This document shows positions 57,389-64,000 of a stretch of DNA of 64,000 nucleotides, in pieces. Each line of letters starts with the position of its first letter. The stretch's first letter is position 1. The DNA is from Veleropilina oligotropha (lineage: Eukaryota): positions 248,001 to 312,000 of the forward strand of contig JBEUKZ010000032.1 in the NCBI GenBank assembly GCA_048128005.1. Reading direction: 5' to 3'. Below the pieces are notes generated by a model. It searched no databases, was not told where the DNA came from, and saw nothing but the letters and a program-made list of their open reading frames with translations. A program made the translations under genes and the position numbers.

Positions 57389-58179
57389 ATGGTTGCAATG
57401 AATGTTATATAACCAATAATATTTTTCTAAATTCTTTGCCGATTTCAGTATCATATTTGTAAATAAGTTATCTGATATTTGGTTGCTAAGCGATGAGCAT
57501 TACCATGTCTATTTTTCGAACTATATAGTTATGGAAAGATTCTGAAACCATGGTGAAATTTAAAACTATTGGTAAACAGAAAAAACCAATACCTAGTGCC
57601 AGATAATACTTGAAGTGTTATTATGACATTAACTGGACATACATTATGTTGATCAAGATGTTAGAAAACATTATATTTAATGTTGATACGAGAAACAAAG
57701 CTTTCTTGAGACAGAGCTAACAGATTGCTTTGTTGAGAAAGATACTTAGGAAGAATATGTTAGAATGTAGTTGTTAAACAAATCAATTATTGAATCTTTT
57801 CAGTGAATACAATAATTTATTGACTTCTGCACCTGATATCAGGCTCACTGTACTTATTTAGTGGTTTAACAATAGTCAGTATAATTAGAAAATCATTTTT
57901 ATCAGCATATGTGATTGGTGAACAGGTCAAGTTTATTTAACATAACTGCTGATTTCTTCTGACATAGCATAAATATTTTCTGATCAACATGATGTTATAA
58001 TCAAATTTTTTATGTTTCAGAGAATATCCTGGAAGCGGCAATCTTGTAACACTTTCGCAGTTCGTATTTATTGCCCTTATTGGATTCATCTTTTCCATGA
58101 ACTTTGGCACCAAAGGTTCTGTGATACCAATCAAGTATGAATTAATTCAATAAGACAATAAGGATATGCGTATTGAACA

Positions 58180-58440
58180 GGGGCCGCTTCGGCAGCGCAG
58201 TGGGTAGAGTGTCCACTCTAAATTCACTGGCTTGATTCCGCTAATGCGAACAGTAGTGGGTTCAGTACCTGACTGAGGCATTGAAATTTGTTCAAGTTAT
58301 GAATCACAATTATCCGTGACTGGCCGAAGAGGACGGGTTTACCCGGGCGACCGGGATTTCCTCCCGCGATAACACGGACATGTCCTGCCTTGAACCTCGA
58401 TGTTGTAAATATACAGGACATTAAGCATCATTCCTCCCTT
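58180..58440 (+). mobile_element. tRNA-derived SINE-like element
   Basis: GGGGCCGCTTCGGCAGCGCAGTGGGTAGAGTG (A-box-like) and GTGGGTTCAGTACC (B-box-like). Confidence 0.5.
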
Positions 58441-58600
58441 CCCGTATTGAACATCTTCTACCATGACCTTGTCTCTTTATCAAGACACCCACTGATATAA
58501 AACTGCTACATGAACTTTAATTGCTGTTAGTAAATGTGTACTAGGTTAATATTGTACTAAAAAACAGCTATCAGTTTATATTTCTGCAGCTATTATTAAA

Positions 58601-61600
58601 TATGTAGTTACAAACATACTTACGTCCTTACTCTTGCCATAATAGTAATATTATTGCCAACCGGAAACAGTGAATAAGTCACATTATGCACTATTAATAA
58701 GTCAAAGACGCAAAAACGTACCACGGTTACCTCCCCTGCTCCCCCTCCCCCACGTTCCCCCGCGAGATCTCGCCAAGTCTCGCGAGACTTCTGAACCATA
58801 GAAGTCACATGACATCAATTCAAAGTTTTCCGCTGCCGCGGAAAGACGTTGTTTTGCTCCGCAAATATTTCGAAGGCGCCCGATTTCACATAAATCAGGA
58901 CGCAATATATACTTATATGATATAAGTAGTGGAATATAACCCTGTGTTGTGGATACAAGACACAAGTGAATATAAGAAGATTGTGATTCTCAAAACTTCG
59001 AGGAGTTCTGGACATCAAGTAACCGACAGCGTCGCCGTTGCTAAGGAAAAAAGCATGGCCGCTTAGAGGGAAGTTTCGTGTGTAGCTGAAATTTCTGGTC
59101 GGTATATTTATCTGATATTGTTTGAGACTGCAAACAGGTAACTCATTATATTGGATAATTCCTTAACGACGCTATTTGCTGGTTATTATTGTATAAAATT
59201 TCTAGCGTCGTTAATAGGCAGGACTGTTCTGATATTCCTTTAAGTTATTCTGATATCCTGCCGTTGCTGGGATAATACACCATTGTACTAACATAAAAAC
59301 ATCCACGAGGTCTTTTCAGGTGTTTTTCTGGGCGGTTTTTTCTAAGAGAAAACCCCCGTTTGTTCTAGTCAATTACCCGGGTTTTTTACCGGGTCGTGTC
59401 GGGTAAATACCCGACCTCGGTGTTCCCAGTGCGGGGTTTTTTGCGCTTTGCGGTATATCGCTTGATCTTTGATCTTCAGATCAGGGCAATTCTAGGAGTT
59501 GTCGTAGTATAGTCACAACTACCATATATATACCTTTTTCACTACCCCGTATACCCACTACTATCCTCCCGTGTATACCCTCTGGTCCGGTGCAGTAGCT
59601 CCGGGTGTAACCAGAAAATTCACGGGTTTTGATACGCACACGGAATGCCGTATTCACCGTAGTTGTAGTAAAATTAAACTTCAGTGTGATTTGTGCCTTG
59701 TTTTTACAGACAAGCAGTGGGCGGTTCTATCCCAACCGGGTAAGTCGACCAGGGCGACTGCCACGGTGGGCCCTCCTCGGGAAAAGGGGCAGGAAAAGGG
59801 GTTGTTTGCAGACAGTAAGTTAAGGGAAATAATTCTTCTTTGTCTACTTCAGGGACGCTGGACGACAGCCGACGTAAAGCACCGTCTGTCGCCGGGTCTA
59901 CCGGCGATACCTCCGCGACTCTTGGGGGAGTCACCGAACCCTTGCCGGGACCCCAGATTCAGGTAAAGGCCCGAGTGCCGACCGTTCCGCCTCAACCGGG
60001 CCTAGTAACTGCAGTCAGCCATACCTTGCCGGCTAGCAAGGTATATATGACAGCGCAGCGAACAGCTGTACAGGGCAGACCATCCCCATCCTTTTCTTCG
60101 GCCTCGAAGAATAAGGGGACAGTTAGTCCTTCTGCGAGAAACTCTCCTTCTAGCGAAGGGGACAGACTCAATGCAGAGAAAGCCTTTAAAGAGGCCGGGC
60201 ACCTACTTGTAGGTCTAAGACTCGGACAATCGGCGAAACCTGAATCCTCGGTCGAGAACGATGCGACTACCCCTAAGGGTTTTCCGCTCAACCTCGAAGC
60301 TCACGAGACATTCAGAGGGCCCGGTCTCTCCCGTGCACCCACCGTGGTCACGCTAGAGAACGTGGACAGACCGGCTGCGTTCGGGACGGGGTTCTACGGC
60401 GGTTTTCCGTCCGTGCCTCGCTCGAACAGAGTGGTAGACCGATACGGACTGTTGCCGCAGTCCTACCGGTCGTCCGGCCCACCGAACGCGCCTCCGGGCC
60501 GTTCTTTCGGGTTCGACCACTCGACACGTGTCCCGAGACCCTGGTTCTCGGCTACACCTGTCCATGCAGCCCGTCTACCTAGCGCCACGGTGACTTCGAC
60601 CGAACTACCGGCTGTTAGTTCGACGCCCGTCATGCCTCCGGGTTTCTCTTTAGAGAACGTCCAGGCTATGTTCGCGGCGGAGTTCGAGTCCCGATGTCGG
60701 GCCTGGTAACCGGCTTCCTAGCCGCTCCAGGTACCTACACCTCTGCCTGTGGCGCAGAGCACGGCTCCTGCCTCCGTGGTGGGGATCGAACCTCGTTCCA
60801 ACGAGGACCTCGACTCCACTCACTCCGACCTCCCTGTATCGGTCGGGCCCGAAGACGCTGGTAGTCTTCCAGGCACGCAGGAGCCGACCTCCACCACCCG
60901 CCGAACTCGACGCTGTTGCGTCACTTCGCGGGGTGCTTGACCTGCCGGAACCGACTCGGTCGTATGTAGGCCCGGTCAAGCACAGGACGGCGGCGCATCG
61001 GTTTGTTGAGAAGGAAGCCCCCTTGCTTTCTTCCTTACCTCAGTCTGGGCTGATTGATCGGGTGTTGACTCGACAACCAAGCTCAGTCGGGGGCGCAATC
61101 CGGTGGAGTCCTCCCCACTGACCGAGTACCCTTCGGGGTTCCGTAGTGGGAGGTACCTCCGGGCCAGTTCGCGTTCGATCCCGTTCGCATGTACTGGTCC
61201 GTGCCTGGCGACTGAGCCGGTTCGTGTTGACGCAGCGTTGCGTTGACTGACCGCCAGTCACACTCCCTCTGTAGCGAGAGTTCCTGGGTTCGCCTTGGAA
61301 GCTTTCGAGAGCTCCGCCCGATGGGCTCTGCGGCCGTCGTCCGTTCAGGATTTTTCCTAGACGGGACGATAGCCGTATTACAGGAGGTTGGACCCGGCGC
61401 CCGTGGGCTGCCCTGTCCTTCCTCCAGGAGGTTGCTGCCGTTATGGAGACCAACGCGTTGGAGACGGGACGTGTCCTGGGTAACGCACTCCTACTTCGTA
61501 GGGTCGCTTACCTTGAAGGCACCTCGCTGATGAGGCCACCCGGCGCTCGTTGCGATGCGTGCCTTGCTCGGCCACCACTCTATTTGCCGACGATTTCTCG

Positions 61601-64000
61601 GAATTCGTCGACAGAGAGCGGCGGACCTGACGGACCGTACCATCGAGTAGGCGGTGCTGCACCCCCCGGGGGTCCACCCGCCGACTCGAGGAAGCGTTCA
61701 GGGCCCACCTGGACCCCGAAGCCTTCCAAGCGTGCATGGCCCTCTTCTGGTGGTAGGCCCCGGCCATTAACCCACTCCGAAGAGGCAAGCACCTCCAACA
61801 AGCTCCCGTACGCAGAGCGGGAGAGGGAAACCTCGGCCCTAGGGCTGCCGGCACACACACGACAGTCCCAGCTACCCGCTTCCGCCGGTGGAAGCGTATC
61901 TGTTAGCGTACAGCCAGCCATGGCTAGACTACCAGACAGTAGCTGGGTCCCTCCGTCGTGAGTGCCGGATACAGTTGGTTCAACCGGCATCCGACCCTAA
62001 ACGAGGCACCACCACCAAGACACGCTCGCCTCCTAATCGGAGAGTAGCGAGCGGTCTTAGACCAGGCAGTGCGGGATTTGCTCCTAAAAAGAGCGATATA
62101 TCCCGCGCCGCCCAGCACACCAGGATTTTACAGCCATTTCTTCCTGGTCCCGAATCCCGATGGCCGCTAGCGACCGATCTTCGGTCTCTCGTAAACTATA
62201 TCTTCGTACCGAGAAATTCCAGCAAGAATCCCTCTCGAAGATACGAGCGGCCATCCATCCGGGCGACTGGGCAGCGTCTATCGATCTGACCGACGCGTAT
62301 CTGCATGTCCCGATGCATATCACGGCTCATCAGTACCTTCGGTTTACACACAGGGAGACGATCTACCATTCAGGTGCCTACCGTTCGGTCTATCGTCAAC
62401 CCGTACGTCTTCACGAGAACAGTACAGGCCGTTAGGGCCTTCCTACACTCTCTAGGGCTCAGGGTACATATATACCTCGACGACTGGCTGATCCTCGGGG
62501 CGTCCCGAGATCTGTGCCTCCGGTCTACGAGCTTTACCCTGTCATCAACGAAGCGCCTGGGATTTCAGATCAACGAGACAAAATCCTGCTTCGTACCCTC
62601 GACGACGTTTACGTTCCTCGGAGTCGACTTCGATACGGTCCGGTACACCGCGAAGCCGACCCAGAAGCGTATGCGGAACCTACGCGCGGTTATCCGAGAC
62701 ACCCTGTCATCGGACATAACTACGGCGCGACTACTGGCCACTGTCCTGGGGCACATCGAGTCGGTAGCGCCCCTGCTACCGACGGGTCGCATGGACAAAA
62801 GACCGTTACAACAGGCGTTCAGGGATCGCTGGATACAACGGACGGGGCAGTGGACGGATCGCATCGATCTACGGCATTGGGTTACCGACACGACAGCAGT
62901 GTGGTTGAACCCCGCTTTGCCGGACCAGTCGGTTCCTATATCCCCACCAGAGCCGAACGCTTACCTGTTCACAGACGCTTCGAACGACGGCTGGGGTGGT
63001 CACCTCGACAGCTACGAGACATCAGGCCTATGGCCGACAGACCTTCAGGGACGACATATCAACTTCCTAGAGTTAGAGCCGTCTACCTGTCAGTACGGTC
63101 CCTCTCGTTACATCTCCGCAACAAGCATAATGCTCGCCACGGACACAGACTGTCGTCGCTTACATACAGCACCAGGGCGGCACTCGCTCGCGTCCCCTTT
63201 GCGACCGAGCATTAGACCTACACCGCTTAGTGATGTCCCTCAACTCGACTATTCGAGCCCGACACATCCCGGGAAAGCTGAATGTCAGAGCGGATTCGCT
63301 CTCTCGGAAATCACAGATAATACACACAGAGTGGACGCTACACAGCCGAGTAGCTCGGGACGTTGTCGCCGGTGGTTACAACCCCAAGTCGATTTGTTTG
63401 CAACAGAATTCAATTACCGACTACCTCTGTATGTCTCCCCGTACCCAGACCCGGCCGCCCTAGCGGTCGACGCACTGTCAATGACATGGGAGAATCTGTC
63501 CGCGTATGCCTTCCCCCCGACGTGCATTCTATCACTGGTATTACAGAAGGCAGCGACCGAACGTTGCGAGATAACGCTAATAGCGCCCCTCTATCGCACG
63601 CAACCTTGGTTTCCGACCCTACTCGATCTGATCGTCGATCGACCGTTAGCGTTACCGCAGAAACTAGACCTGTTAATGCAGCCACGCACCAGTGTACTCC
63701 ACTAGTCGCCGAACCACTTACGTTTACACGCCTGGCGGTTATCGAACGATCCCTTGCTAAGAAAGGTTTTTCTAAAGCTACAGCCTTACGTATCTATCGA
63801 TCGAGAAGGATTTCCACGACAAAAGTCTATGACTACCGATGGGTTAAGTACGTGGATTGGTGTCACAGCAGGCAGGTCAATATACTCCGTCCCCCTGTGA
63901 ACAAGTTTATCGAGTTTTTATCGTCGCTCTTCGACCGCGGTATGTCAGTGTCCGCCGTCAAAGGCTATCGGGCAACGATCGCGACCACGTTAAAACAGTG
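58601..64000 (+). mobile_element. DIRS1-type retrotransposon, copy 3, decayed, runs off the window
   Basis: 5' terminus TATGTAGTTACAAACATACTTACG plus ITR; gag (from ~59571), RT (YLDD, to ~63705) and YR start all show frameshifts or stops. Confidence 0.93.

Overview
AT-rich, repeat-dense animal (probably marine invertebrate) genomic DNA. The only host coding sequence I recognise is one exon of a PCTAIRE/CDK17-like kinase (minus strand, 1171-1300); the rest lies upstream of it or in a large intron. The centrepiece is a complete 15.46-kb GC-rich endogenous Polinton/Maverick-like virus (21685-37144) with 199-bp TIRs, AG...CT termini and an AGACA target-site duplication. It encodes an rve integrase, an A32/FtsK packaging ATPase, putative major and minor jelly-roll capsid proteins and about 7 predicted membrane or secreted proteins, one with PSAP and LYPxL late-domain motifs. 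I see no adenain protease. In place of a canonical pPolB it has one frameshifted ~1270-codon gene fusing a Rho-N-like domain, a divergent PolB palm, an SF1 (Pif1/RecD-like) helicase and an HNH-like domain. Three copies of one DIRS1-type tyrosine-recombinase retrotransposon family are also present: 12541-19997 (apparently intact), 41716-49091 (frameshifted) and 58601-end (decayed). MITEs, SINE and LINE remnants, foldbacks and tandem repeats fill the remainder. All protein calls come from motif reading by eye; no database searches were run.
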